Below are positions 39,595-53,429 of a stretch of 64,000 nucleotides of DNA, piece by piece. Numbering within the stretch: the stretch's first letter is position 1; each line of letters starts with the position of its first letter. The notes below the pieces were generated by a model. That model had not been told where the DNA came from. It did no database searches and worked only from the letters and a program-made list of their open reading frames with translations. The position numbers and the translations under genes are program-made. Source of the DNA: Negaprion brevirostris (Eukaryota); NCBI GenBank assembly GCA_030324005.1, contig JARDVH010000163.1, positions 46,660,801 to 46,724,800 of the forward strand. The letters run 5' to 3'.

Positions 39595-39980
39595 ACACAG
39601 GAACAGCAGTAGGCTATTCAGACCCTTGAGCCTGGTCCGCATTCAACTAGATCATGACTGATTGTCTACCTCAACATCATTTTTCCACACCATCCCCATA
39701 TCCATTGATGTCATGAGTAATGATTTCTGTCCGAAACATACTCAATGACTGAACTTCCACAGCCTTCTGGAGTAGAGAATTCCAAAGATACACAACCCTG
39801 AGTGTGTGGAAATTCATCCTCATCTCAGTTCTGCACCTGATCTGACAAGGTGTTTCCTGGTTCTAGGCCATTTCCTTCCCCTTCCCCGTGCCTCCCAACA
39901 TATCAAACCAGGGGAAACATCTTTTCTGCATCTCCTCTGTCTAGCCCCTTAAAAAATTTATAAGTTTCAATGAGATACAT
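39595..39980 (-). mobile_element. CR1 LINE 3' fragment
   Basis: Reverse-oriented CR1 tail (GGAACAGCAGTAGGCTATTCAGACCCTTGAGCCTG...GATCATGACTGAT) followed by C-terminal ORF2-like sequence. Confidence 0.75.
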
Positions 39981-40709
39981 GATTATGCTGCAATGCAGCA
40001 CGACATCGAAAAAAAACTTCAGTATGCTGGATGGTCAGGCAAGCAAAAAGAAAGGAACATATTTTCATACCCATTATTCTTGTCATTGGATTGCCAGAAG
40101 TACAAGTCCACAATCATCTCCANNNNNNNNNNNNNNNNNNNNNNNNNNNNNNNNNNNNNNNNNNNNNNNNNNNNNNNNNNNNNNNNNNNNNNNNNNNNNN
40201 NNNNNNNNNNNNNNNNNNNNNNNNNNNNNNNNNNNNNNNNNNNNNNNNNNNNNNNNNNNNNNNNNNNNNNNNNNNNNNNNNNNNNNNNNNNNNNNNNNNN
40301 NNNNNNNNNNNNNNNNNNNNNNNNNNNNNNNNNNNNNNNNNNNNCCCTGCCCTCACTGACACAACTAGGTTCCCGTGAACGATGACACTCCAATCTCTGT
40401 GGTGCCAGCCTTGCCAGCTCTATCAGACCCCCGCCCCACCAGACAGATGGCACAAACCCCACCCACTCATTTTTTTTATTCAGAAGTTCAAGATTTGGAA
40501 TGAAAACCGGGCTGTGCAGTTGGAAAGCTACATATCACTTTACAATTTGGGCCTGAAAAATTACAGGGAATTTCCATCCGCAGTATTGACAAACAATGTA
40601 CCTTCCAAAAATGCTTCTGACATTCAAGGTTACAAGATCAAATATTATATCAGATCAAGAAATTTAGGCATCTCATTCTAACGCAAATTGGTCTCCAGTG
40701 ATATCTCTC

Positions 40710-41016
40710 AGTGCCAAGGACCCAGGTGACTGTATGTGGAGTTTGCGTGGGATTCCTCCGGGTGGTCCAGTTTCCCCTCACAGTACAAAGATAGGCAGAT
40801 TAGATGCATCGGCCATTCTAAATTGTCTCTTAGTGTTAGGTGGATTAGCAGCATAAATGTGGGGTTATGGAGATAGGGCCTAGGTGGGATTGATGTATAG
40901 GTTAGGGGAATTGAGGTAAATATTTGGGGTTACAGGCATAGGACCTGGGTAAGATGCTCTGTCAAACAATTGGTGCAGACTTGATAGGCTCCTTCTGCAC
41001 AGTGGTGATTCTATGA
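40710..41016 (+). mobile_element. HE1-like SINE (partial)
   Basis: GTGTGGAGTTTGCGTGGGATTCCTCCGGGTG...CACAGTACAAAGAT...GCAGACTTGAT...CCTTCTGCAC...ATTCTATG. Confidence 0.8.
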
Positions 41017-41929
41017 TAATGTAAAATGCCAGCCAGTTTGCTATGGCCTGCTTTGTATAAAAGCTGAAGTTCTTGAATTTTGGATTTAAGATGATCAAAA
41101 CCACCGGCAATTAAATTATTTCAATACAGATTAAGAAGCTATAACAAAACTATAGTTCAAAGTTGAGAATTGATTTTAATTCTAAGCACAATAGTGCCAT
41201 GAATTATTTTGTCCAAGGGATAAACTCAGAGTGCTTTTAAAAACAGAAGGTTAAGTAACTCTTATTACTTCAAGATGCTCCCAGTGTGGCCTTGAATGGT
41301 GCTGTCTCATGGAGATTCTTGAAATCCTTGTAAGTATTAGATTCAGCGAGTTTGAGCCTAAGAGGGCACAACACTTGCAAGACTGCAGCTCCTCAGCTGC
41401 TGCTAGAGCAGTCTGGGCCAACTGGCTTTCTGGCAACATGTTTAATACTAGTCAAAGGAGAAGTAGGGAGCTGACATACGTACTGATGAGTACATGGGAC
41501 TTAATAGGATTGAGGGTTATAGGTAAGCCTAGTAGGTAGGGATATGATCGGCGCAACATGTGGGCTGAAGGGCCAGTTTGTGCTGTAGTTTTTCTATGTT
41601 CTATGTACTCTTCTCCTGCTGTGCCACTGCCACTCCCATAATGCTGCAATTAGCATTTTCTACCCATCTGCGAGAGAACAGAATACAGAAGGTGAGTAAC
41701 ACCTTCAAAACTCTTGTCCATTTGCTCCATCGACCTGCCCAAGGTGGATGCTTCTCTCAATGTTTGAATCGAATAAAGTCATTGAAGTTATTAAGTTTCT
41801 ATGAAAAACTGCAAAGTCTATAATTGTCGACAACTGAACTGAGGACTCAAGTTGCAGTGCCACATTGTCCAAGGTAGACTGCAGAGTGTTGATACCCTGC
41901 AATAACATATCACATACTATATTAAACGT

Positions 41930-42170
41930 TTTCTCTCTCAGAGGGTCATTAGTATGTGAAATTCCTCTCACCAGAAACCAATGAAGACCAGATAATTGAA
42001 TTGAATTGAAGGCTGGGTTAAACAGGTTTTGATAGACAAGGGAGTCAAGAATTACAGAGGACAGATGGCAAGGGGGAGTTGAGACCACAACCAAATCAAT
42101 CATGATCTTACTGAATGGCGGATGATGCTCAAAAGGGCAGAATGGTCTACTCTTGCTCCGAAAACCTATA
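41930..42170 (+). mobile_element. CR1 3' tail, tail-to-tail with the next element
   Basis: ATCAATCATGATCTTACTGAATGGCGGATGATGCTCAAAAGGGCAGAATGGTCTACTCTTGCTCC. Confidence 0.75.
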
Positions 42171-43055
42171 AAGAACAAAGAATAATACAGCATAGGAACA
42201 GGCCGTTTGGTCCTCCAAGCTTGTGCTGATCATGTTGTCCTCCCCAGACCAACCGCTTGTATTCCTCTATTCCACATTTTTCTATCCAGATAAGTCTTAA
42301 CTGTCACTAACATATCTGCCTCAACCACCTCACTTGGCAGCACGTTCCAGACCACCTTCACCCCCTGTGTAAAAAACTTCCCCGCACATCTCCACTGAAC
42401 CTTCCCCTCCTTTATCTTGAACTTGTGCCCCTTGAATTGTTATTTCTGTCCTGGGAAAAAGCTCCCGACTGTTCATCCTATCTATATAAGCTCAAAGGGC
42501 TAGATGGCCTACTCCTGCTCCTATTTCTTATGTTCTTGTGTTCTTGTTCTTATATTCTTATGCCCCTCATAATTTTATAAGCTTCTATCAGGTCACCCCT
42601 CAGCCTGTGGCTTTCCAGGGAGAACAATCCCAGTTTATTCAATCTCTTATAGCTCATACCCTCCATTACAGGCAACATTCTGGTAAACATTTTCTGTACT
42701 CTCTCCATGTCCTTCTGGAACTGTGGCCACCAGAATTGGACACAGTATTCTAAATGGGGCCTAACCAACGTTTTATGTAACTGTAACATGATTTGCCAAC
42801 TTTTATACTCGATGCCCCGTCCGATGAAGGCAAACGTGCCAAATGCTTTCTTGCCTACCTTTTCTGCCTGTGCTGTCACTTTTAAGGATCTGTGGACGTG
42901 CACGCCCAGAGCTTTCTATGTGTCTATGTTCCTAATGGTTCTGCCATTTATTTTGTAGCTCCCAGCTGAATTGGATCTACCAAAATGCGTCACCTTGCTT
43001 TTGTCTGGATTAAATTCCATCTGCCATTCCTCTGCCCAATTTGCCAGACCATCTA
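42170..43055 (-). mobile_element. CR1 LINE 3' fragment with a short opposite-strand CR1 tail inserted at about 42487-42560
   Basis: ORF 42550-42903 AFIGRGIEYKSWQIMLQLHKTLVRPHLEYCVQFW...LGLFSLESHRLRGDLIEAYKIMRGI and WAEEWQMEFNPDK are canonical CR1 ORF2 C-terminal motifs. Confidence 0.92.
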
Positions 43056-43649
43056 CGTTCCTATCACTATGACTGAAAGCATTTTGCCATGTTTGCAGCA
43101 ATGATGGTGAAACCTACTGACAGTCCTGCCAGTGCCCAATATAATTTCTTATGTGGAGCAGGCCATTTTATCCTCAGAATCAAGATTCTGAAGCCAACAC
43201 TATCCTTCCAGGCAGAAATGCAAGAGGATCTGTTCCTCTAATGAGCTGTTGCTAGGTCTGTTTCTTCCATTAGGACCAACTGCTCACTCGTGATGGGTCA
43301 CTTGCTATGTGCAGACCCCTAAAACTTGTTCAGCGTGGCAATATATATGCTTATGCTTGCAAGTGACAGAATGCATGATGGTGATTGCTCAAGATTATCT
43401 TCATCTAAGATGTCTGCTGCATGATGTGGCTGTTGAGAAAAAACAAGAGGAAAAAGAAAAGGGGCAAAAATGAAGATGACACTGAGAAGCAGGAAAGAGT
43501 CAGTGACATGCAGTGCAGTTCAGCTTGATGCAATCACGTTACACACTATGTTTTGCAAAGCTTCATGAAGGGCATGTGTGAGACCATTTTCACAGTTGGC
43601 CCCTAGATGCACTTCTATCATGACTGTTCTGAACAAGGCACCAATGACA

Positions 43650-44280
43650 CCGATAACTTATATTTAAATAGTGCCTTCAATATCCCAAATGTCCCAGGGC
43701 ATTTCACAGTGACATTACCAAACACAATTTGACCTTGAACCCTCAAGGAGATTTTAGGGCAAAAGATTGATCAAAGAGTTGGATTTTAAAGTGCATGTTA
43801 AAGAAGGAGAGATCAGTAGAGAGGTTTAAAGAGAGAATTCCAGAGTTAACGACATTGGCAGCTGAAGGCACAGCCACCAATGATTGAGTAACTAAAATCA
43901 TGGATGTGCAAGTGGCCAGCAATGGTGGAGTGGAGAAATCATGAAAGTTTGGAGGAAGTTTCAGAGATGGGAAGGTGTGAGGCCATGGAGGTATTTAAAT
44001 GGGAAGTTTATAATAGGTGAATGGAATGGTGTGAATTAGGACACAAACAGATGATTTTGAGTGGAGAGAGAATGAAAAATGCAAAGTCAACCTAGATGTA
44101 TTGGAATGGTCAAGTTGAGCGGTGACAAAGGTATGGTTGAGGGCTTCAGCTGCTGATGGGCCAAGGTTGGACAGAGTTTAGCGATAATACAGAAATATGT
44201 GGTTTTAGTAATGGCACAGATATATGGTCAGGGGCTCACCTTGAGATCAAATGTAACGTTAAGATTGTGAGCTGTCTGCA
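43650..44280 (-). mobile_element. L2-clade LINE 3' fragment
   Basis: AACTTATATTTAAATAGTGCCTTCAA...GTCCCAGGGCATTTCACAG...GAGAGAATTCCAGAG...GGCAGCTGAAGGCACAGCCACCAATG resembles a reverse-oriented shark L2 3' end. Confidence 0.65.
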
Positions 44281-46319
44281 AAAGCAAAATATTACAGAAA
44301 TCTGAAATGTTAACTTTGCTCCTCTCCACAGACACTGTCTGACCTGTTCAGTTTTTCCAACATTTTCTGCTTTATTTGCAATAGTCCAGTTCAGCTTAAG
44401 ATAATACCAGGGAGTAGGATAGAGTCTGTCACTTGAGAATTTGTGGCAGAGTACAAAGATAATGGCCTGAAATTTCTGTCTGTTCTTGCCAGTCGAATCT
44501 TCTGGTCCCACCAATGGTGAACCTCCACTGTGATTTCCTGATGGTGGAACAGGAAACTCCACTGACAGTGGCAGGATCAGAAGATCCAAACGCTGATAAA
44601 TGGAAGGCCGTTTCCACTACTGCGAAACATGCTGCAAGGGGGCATGGAACATCCTGCCCAATAGTTTCAGTCTTCCTACTATTTAATTGGAGGACATTTC
44701 TGCATTTCCAGTACTGTGTGCCTGGGCGAAATTTTCCCTTGTAGGCATAAGGTGTCGTGGCAGGGGTGATAACTTTTGGTGTTTCTCACTGTGGAAGCTG
44801 GAAACAAAACATACACATCTTCTGGCCCCAACCTCATTAATTATGCTACTGAGTTTTTTGTGCCATATTCCAAGGTGGGGCAGGCTTCATAGCATGTAGT
44901 CTGCTATCAAACCTGGGTGCCATATTGAAAAGGCAATCAAAATCACTGACCCACCAGTGCAAGAAGAAGATGAAGTGTTTGAAAATGAAGATGGATCTCC
45001 AGGAATGTTTTGCAGCTGTAAAATAGACCTCCTCAATGACAAAGCTGGAAGATGCTTCCCCACACTGCTGTGCTATTCAGGCCTGCTGGCAGTCACTAGG
45101 CTGAACACTGGAGGCAGCCCCAAGGATTGTTCAGGTGCACGCCATATTGTTGCAGATGTGCACTTGGGCCTTCCTCTGCATCCCATTAGCAGGATGCAAA
45201 TCAGTTTCACAAGGGTTCTCTAGCTGGTTTCCTGAGCTGCCATGGTGGGTACCAGTGGAAGATCATGGAAAATTATGCCAGCGAAAAACCAATTTTTGGG
45301 TCTCTCATGAACCTCTCTCCTGCCCAACCATTGAATTCACTGACAACAGCATGGGAGAATTTCATCCTCTTTTGCACGTAGTCCATGGTTCATGTGTTTT
45401 AGCATTTAGTTTTTTTTTAATTTTTGGAACTAAAGTTTTAACAACAGAAAATGGTGGTCTGGTTCAGAATCTGTAGAAGTGACCCTGGAGTAAGTTTAAT
45501 TAATGCAAGGTTGGAGTCTGTTACACTTAAAAGATTGGAACAATATTGACTCTCAGAGGTTTACAGCTTGAAAGGTAAGATCATAAAATAACAGGTGGAG
45601 AACCTTAAACAATGCTTGACATATTTGTGGGCCTTTTGATTGAAACATGATGTTTACAAACTTTGCAGGAAGGACAATCAGGGAGTTAGTTTAAAAGCAT
45701 TTGGTAAAGCCCGAAGGATTGTAAAATCCATTTCTTCCATCAGATCAAGGAAATGTTTTTAAATGAGGGATACTTAATCTAGGAGTCTGTTTGAGGGCAT
45801 CCCAGAACATGTTCCGTCATCATGGAGATAGGTAGAACATAGGGAAGTTCTCTAGTTTCAATTATTCTGGGCATTTGCTGATAAAGTATGTTGCAACTTG
45901 AACTTGATGGATGCAGTTTGCTGCTCAAAGAGAGATGATCCAAATTAAATGAAAAGTGGTTAGGCCTACAATGCAAGCAGGGAAAAAGCTAACTTTACCA
46001 TGACATGGCAATCAGAACAAGGGTCTGAGAGCTCCACAGTCAACAGATTGTAAATTCAATTCTTAACTCTTGAGAATAGTTGGTGAGGAATTAAAATTAA
46101 ATCCCAGAGGACTGTAGCAATTTTTAATGTGGTCCCAACAGAAGAAAATTACTTTAAGATAGCATAAAGTAGAACACAATTGCTAAGTTAATAGTGCTAA
46201 TTTTGTTTATGTCTTTTATACACAGGCAGTAAGGCAATTTAGAGACAATGAAGAGGTTCAATGAGTTGATGCTTGCTGCTCCAGCTACAGCTCCAACAGC
46301 ACCGAGGTTACAAACTTAC

Positions 46320-49200
46320 AAGCTAGGAGTAGGATGGCTTGACCCCTTGAGCATGCTCCACCATTCAATAAAATCATGGCTGATCTGACTGGAATCCCCC
46401 ACCTACTGACAAAATCCTTTTCACTCACTTGCTTATCAAGAATCTATTAACGTCTGACATGAAAACATTCAAAGACTACTTCCACTACCTTTTGAAGAAG
46501 GGATTTCCAAAGACTCGCTACCTCTGAGAAGAATTATTCTTACCTCTGTCTTAAATGGGTGGCCCCTTATTTTAAAAGTGACCCTTAGTTCTAGATTCTC
46601 CCACAAGAGAAAACATCCTTGCTGCATCCACCCTGTCAAGATCCCTCAGGATCTTACATGGTTCAATCAAGTTGCCTCTTATTCTCCTAACTTCTAGTGG
46701 ATACAAGCCAAGCCTGTCCAATCTTTTGTCCTAAGACAACCTGGTACTGGTTTAGTAAATGTTTTCTTAACTGCTTTTAATGTATTCACATCCTTCCTCA
46801 AATAAGGAGACCAATACTGTGCTCAGAACTCTTGATCTCACCAACGAACTGTACAACTGAAGCATAATCTCCCCACTTTTATATTCAATTCTCCTAGTAA
46901 TAAACAACCACGTTCTATTAGATTTCCTAATGACGCAACATAGATGCCTGTGGTATGCCATTGGATGCTGACTTCCAGTCACAAAAGCAGCCTTCTGTCA
47001 TCACTCACTATCTCCTACAACTGAGCCAATTTTGAATCAACTTTGTCAAATTACCCTGTATCCCATGTGAATTTACCTTCTTTACAAGGGTCCAAGGGTA
47101 CCTTAAGGCTTTGCTGAAATCCACATAAACCACATTGACTGCACTACCCTCATCTACACACCTGGTCATCTCCTCAAAAAGTTCAATCTAATTTGTTAGG
47201 CATGACCTCCCTCTCACGCGGCCATGCTGATTATTCCTGACCACGTTATGCCTCTCCAAGTGGGGATAGATGCTTAGATTAGATGTTTCTCAAATAGTTT
47301 TCCTACCTCTGATGAGAGATTCACTGGTCAGTAGTACCCTGATTTATCTCTACAACCCTTCTTACCACATTAGCTGTTCTCCAATCACCTGGCATCTCCC
47401 CTGCGGCCAGAGCGGAATTGAAAATTTGGGTCAGAGCCTCTGCAATTGCCACACTTGCCTTTCACTGCCGTGTTGGGAACAATTCACCTGGACCTGGAGA
47501 TTTATCCACTTTTAAGGCTGCCAACACCTCCAATACCTTGCCCTTCCATATGTCAATTTGCTCAAGAAGCTCACAGTCTCTCTCCCTGAATTCCATACCA
47601 TCGTCCTCATTCTCTGGGTGAAGGCTATTGTGGAGTATTTATTCAATGCTCTACCAATGTCCTCTAGCTCCATCCACAGATTGCACCCTTGGTCCCAACT
47701 GGGCTGTACTCATTCCCTGGTTATCCTCTTCCCATTGATGTACTTAGACAATATCTTGGGATTTTCCCTACTTTTACCAGCCAGAGGTTTCTCGTAGTCA
47801 CTCTTTGCATTCCTAATTGCTTTCTTAAGCTCCACCCTACACTTTCTGTACCTCACTAACATTTCCACTGATTTGCTGTCCTTGTACTATTTAAAAGCCT
47901 TTCTTTTCCTTCTCACTGTACCCTGAATATCTCTGGTCATCCATGGTTCTCTGAGCTTGTTATTCCTTCCTACCATCCTAGAGAGAACATGCTGTGCATG
48001 CAGTCTCCCCATTTCTTTCTGAATGTGGCCCCTCCCCACCCCCCCAAAACCGCTCTTCTGTCGACTTTCCCATTAGTAGCTGTTCCCAGTCTACCTTGGC
48101 CAGATGCTGACTTATCTTGTTAAAATCCACTTTCCCCAATCCAAAACTTCTTTTTTTGTCTTTTTCCTTGTTCATTACAAACTTGAAATTACTTTTTTAG
48201 TGACCCACCCACCCACCTGTCCGGCTTCATGCTCCAGAATCAGGTCCCGCACAATTCCCTCCCTTATTGGGCCCTCCACATATTGATTAAAAAGTTCTCC
48301 TATACACATTTCAAGAAAACTACTTCATCTAAGCCCTTAATACTATGTATATCCAAGTTAATGTTGGAAAAGTTGAAATCACCTAACATAATAACCCTAT
48401 TGTTATTGCTTTTACACACTTCCACAAAATGAGCACATATTTGCTCCTCAATTTCTCTGACTGTCTGGGGGTTTATAATAACCACCTAACAATGTGGCTG
48501 CCCCTGTTTTATTCTGAAGCTCTACCCACAAAACTTAATTTGATGCTCCCCCCAAAATATCATCTCTCCTTAATACAGTAAATGACTCGTAACTAATAAT
48601 GCAATGCCTCCTCCTCTTTTACCTCCTCCCCTGTCTGGCCTGAAGATTCAATATCCCAGAATGTTAAGCTGCTTTTAGTGTTTAGCTTCTCATATTCTCT
48701 ATACAGAACTGCTTTCCTAGTTCTACCTATGTCATTGGTAACTACATGGGCAACAATCACTGGGTCCTTCCCCTCTCAGTGTACATTTCTCTCTGGCACT
48801 GAGCAGATGTCCCAAGCCTTGGCAATGGACAGACAACACAGCCTCCTGGATTCTCATTCTTTGCTACAGAGTGTCAATCCCTCCTCCTCCCTCCAGGCCC
48901 CCCAAATATATTGTCCCTTACTACCCATTACATTCCTTTCTGCTCCTCCTGCTTGAATATTCCCCTACTTAAATGTTTTCCTGTACCACAATGCATTGGT
49001 CAGTTTGCTCATCCACCCTTCAGATTCACTCTCATCTAAAGAAGCTGAGAGAACCTCAAACCTATCGGACAATGGAAAGGCTGAGGTTCCTGTGCTCCTG
49101 CCCTCTGTGTCCCCTAATCTGCCTCACTCGCAGTCACACCCTTCTGTCCCTGACCACTAACCAAATCCAGGGGTCACTCCTAATTTTACTTTTCGTCTTG
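46320..49200 (-). mobile_element. Long decayed CR1 LINE (ORF1 to 3' tail, with deletions)
   Basis: Minus ORFs REIEEQICAHFVEVCKSNNNRVIMLGDFNFSNINLD (endonuclease), KVDFNKISQHLAKVDWEQLL and FITRRIEYKSGEIMLQLYSSLVRS. CR1 tail at about 46325-46390. Confidence 0.88.
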
Positions 49201-51579
49201 CTGTTGTGTGCTCTCTACGTCTTCAGGGAGAAAGGGAACATGTGTGTTAGTGTCTTCTTCAAAGGTAAGTGTAAATATGTAAGGCTTCTGTTTGTTCTGC
49301 AGATGCTGAAAGGAAGAGAAAATAATAAGCGATCAGGTTGAGATGGTATTGAATAGAAAGCAGAGATTTTACAGGGTGGCATGGCATTGGGTCTGTTTGG
49401 CATTCTGTGACATAGTCTAGTGACACTGGCTACAGGATCAGGTTGGCATTGAATCACATCACAAGAGGTTATTAGAACCAATTGCACATGAGATTCTGTA
49501 TCCACATGCTAGATAGACCAATGAACTCTCCACAAATATTGATATTTGAAGAGTGGATTAAAAAAAGGAAGTCAATGTAAAGCAGCAGCTAAAACCCCAG
49601 ATACCAACAGGATGAAGTTCCCAAAACATAACTATTTTTTATAAATAGAGGATATTAGCTTTTCTTTGATAACCATTGTTTATAAATCATTAATCTGATT
49701 TGTACAAATATTTGCTATGGTTTGGGAAGAAAATCAATTGCAACTAAAAACTGAATGCAGTTGAGAAACAAGAGTCATGCTTAACATGAATATGCCCTCA
49801 AGGATGGTTACCAGTTTTGATCTCATCCAGTAGATGGGGTGGTTTGCAATGATCAGAAGTTCCATTTTGGAGGAAACACTCATAAAGGGTGTTATTCTAT
49901 ACCAATATAGAATGCCTCGGGGTAGCAATTCATGAAACAACATTAATAACTTGCCAATGCTCTTTAAGATGATTTAAATTCTGTGGCAACCATATAGTGA
50001 GGCAGTAATCATTTTAAATAAGTTTTGTAAGTATATCGCCCTTAAAATACTGGTTCACAAAATTCATATCATCCCCACCCAGAAAGAAAAACAGTGCAAA
50101 CACATTAATGGATCTAAAGTTAAAATAAATTGGGAAGCTATTCTGATTAAAACTCATTAATTTAAAATTCCAACTCTCTTCACAGATGCTACCTGGATTG
50201 CTGAGTATTTCCAGCATTTTCTGTTCTTATTTGGAAAGTAACCTCTTTAGCAAATGGCACAATAAAAAGCTATTCCATTTTATACATTTTTTTTTCCAGA
50301 GACCTCAGTAATTAAAATGTTGTCTTTCTTGTATTGATTTTATACATCTCTTCAATGGAGTAGGCGAGAGTACAGAGGACTGTAGCCTCACAGTCCAGCC
50401 AAGTGCCCAAATATACACTCTTCAGGTACTCAGGCGAAACTGCTCAAGTGAAGGCAACTTTGTGCCACTACATGAGCACCCGAGTTCAGCTGTGCCTTTT
50501 GCATAGCATTTTTCAGCTACTATAAATCATGACTCCCCACTGTGAACTCGGGTACCCCAGACATTATTGACTTTGGAAAGGGACAGAATCAGATTTTCAG
50601 CCTGCGAACAAATAAACTGCAAATAAATAAGAAGCATGCAGGTTACTGGTTTCTCTCTCCCTCTTCCTTCCACCCCCTCCCCCCCCCCACCCCCTCCACC
50701 CTCTTTAAAAGTCTCAATGTTTCCCAGATGCATCAGGAGACTGAGATATCATCTGAGTGAATAGTTTTCAATGTGCACTGACAATCAACCTCACCTCTAT
50801 GGGCAACTGAAATTCATCCCACAATGTCTGATAAAACACAGATGGCAACTGAGTTAAAATGTTGTAAAATACTTTCTTACACAAGTTATGGTAAATCCAA
50901 TTTTTCAATTGTTCAAGTCAAATATTTCAAGATCAATGTAAAATTCTGAATATGTAATACAAATAGAAAGCAAACTGCGTCATTGCACTCACATGATCAC
51001 ACTTTGTTGGAAAGATGTCGCCCGTTAACAAATCAATGAATACCCCTTAGCATTTGCAAAAGAATTAAGGTACAATGATTCTGCAACATGCTATTAAACA
51101 CCATTGGGCAGTGGGGAGTGGGATGGAACATTAACCATCTAACAAGCAACTGATAGGGCTGCACCCCACCCATATTAAAATTGGGCAGGGTCATGTGTGG
51201 AGAGTGGCTCTGATCCTCTCAGTTTGCCACCAAGTGCTTTAGGTTAAAATTCATCTCATCCACATGTGGTGCAGGTCACATGACTGATCTACTGTCATTT
51301 TTTTTGCAGGCCTGTCAAGATTCAATTGTACATTCCACGAATGCCTCATTTGGGGTTCAACAGATCTCAAAATAGTTTGTCACCAAGTTACCTACCATAC
51401 AACCCAGTCATCTATTTGCTCCACTGAAAATTGTGCTGCCAATCATAACGTCACAAATAAGTGTAAACAAAACTATTTTACAAACCTTGTAAATAAAAAA
51501 AGGTGGTCATTATACAAGTCACAATCTTTTAATTAATTTATCAGTCTGAGGCAAAAATAGGCAAATAGGTGATTTTTTA

Positions 51580-53040
51580 ATCTTCCTTCTAAGGCATTCC
51601 TCATCATCAACTCCAAGCTTTAGCCAATTTGAGTCACTGCAGCTAATATCGAGAAACAGCTGACACAGCAAAGTTTATTGACCTAATGACATTCCAACTG
51701 CAGTACCAAAGGCTGGTACTCCAGAAGTAACTGAGCTCGTAGCCAAGCTATTCTAGCACAGTTGCATTGCTGTCCACAAGAAACAGGACAAATGCACCCC
51801 TGCCAAATATAGCTATATCAGCCGACAGCCAATCATCAAAGTGAAAGGAGGAGTCATTACCTAGTTCATTGATTAATAACTTGCTCGCCAGTTTGAGTTC
51901 AGCCAGTGCCGTTTGACTCCAGACTTCAACACAGTCTTGATCAACATAAACATAAATTATATGTGAGAGTGAGAAGAGAGTGACTACCCTTATCATTAGG
52001 CAACATTTGGCTGACTGAGATTCCATGGATTTAAGTACAAATGAAGTCAATGGGTGATCATTCAGAAACTGTCCAGTGACTGGAGTCAAACCTGGCATTA
52101 AGGAAGATAGTTGTAAGTGTTGGAGGCCAGTCATTTCACCATAACCCCCACCCACCCCAGGGATTGTCACCAAGAGTTCTTCGGGAGGAGTATTAGAGCT
52201 GACAACTGACAGATGCTATGTTTTCTCCATCATATAGAAATTGACTGGTGACTCTCAATATTGAAGTCAAGGTGCAGTTCCTCAGATAATTAAGCAGTCC
52301 ACATCTAAATGCAGATGGACCCAAGCAACAAGCAGTTTGAAATAATTAATGGCTAATACCATTTCTATGTTCAACTGTCAGGCAATAAGCACTTCCAAAC
52401 AATAGTCCACAACCACCTTCATGTGGTATCCAATGTTATTACCATTGCTGAGTTTTCCATTATCAACATCTTCAGAATCACAATTAATCAGAAACACAAT
52501 TATATCAGCCACATAATTATCATAGCCAGTAAAGCAAGACAGAGGCCGGATACTCTTCGAAAAGCAGCACACCATTAATTCCATAAAGCCTCTCCACCAC
52601 CATAAAATGATGAGGAAGAGGTGTGATGGAATATGCACAACTTGGATGGATGCAGCCATCACTTCAATGAAGAAGCAATGAAGAATCCAGTATAAGGTAG
52701 TCAGCATGATGCCCTTCATTCACTGGCTTAAATATTGGTTCCCATCATGGCATCTTCAGTACCATGTCCCAAACCTGCAACCTTCATCAACGTGACGGAT
52801 ATCGACCATGTATACATGAAAACTCCATCACAACCATGTTCCTCTTCAAGTCACAGGCCATCACGACCTGGGCATACGTCATTATTCCTGGAACAAAATC
52901 CTGGAACTCATGACCAAGCACAACATGGGAACATCTTCATTAAACAGACTCCATTGGTTCAATGCAACCAACTACAGTTGCTCAGGGCAACTAGTTGAGG
53001 GCAAGAAATTCTGACCTTGCCAACGATAACCATTTACAGA
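51580..53040 (+). mobile_element. Decayed CR1/L2-group LINE (family with SacSINE1-type tail)
   Basis: CTCCAGAAGTAACTGAGCTCGTAGCCAAGCTATTCTAG...TGTCCACAAGAAACAGGACAAATGCACCCCTGCCAAATATAGC (PVHKKQDK.NPANYRP-like) and tail CTCAGGGCAACTAG...GGGCAAGAAATTCTGACCTTGCC. Confidence 0.7.
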
Positions 53041-53429
53041 GATTGAAGTGTTTAAAATTCCAAATCCAGGACTATCTTGAATGCTAAGAGGTGAATTACA
53101 TATTAACAAAGCTACCTCAGGTTGCAACTGAGATTAAATGCATTCCTGGAGGTTTCATTGCATGACTTTACCCAGCCCCAGCCATTGGTGGGTCAATATA
53201 CCCATCCTTGTGACCACCACCTTCCTAGCCAATTGGAAAGGAAAGTCAATCCCCAATTGGATGATGCTTGACTGTCAACCAGGTGGCCTCCCCCCGCCGC
53301 CGCCCCCCCCCCCCCACCACGATTTTCAATATGTTTATATCTGGTGAAGAAAAAATGAAAATACAAATTTTTTGATGTCCCGATGATGTTTCTCCAGCAT
53401 AGCACGCCACAGTGCCCTGAAGATTAATC

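Noticed and set aside
43100-45370. Faint additional Harbinger-like transposase/Myb traces around the L2 fragment
   Set aside because: Too degenerate to delimit or confirm by eye.
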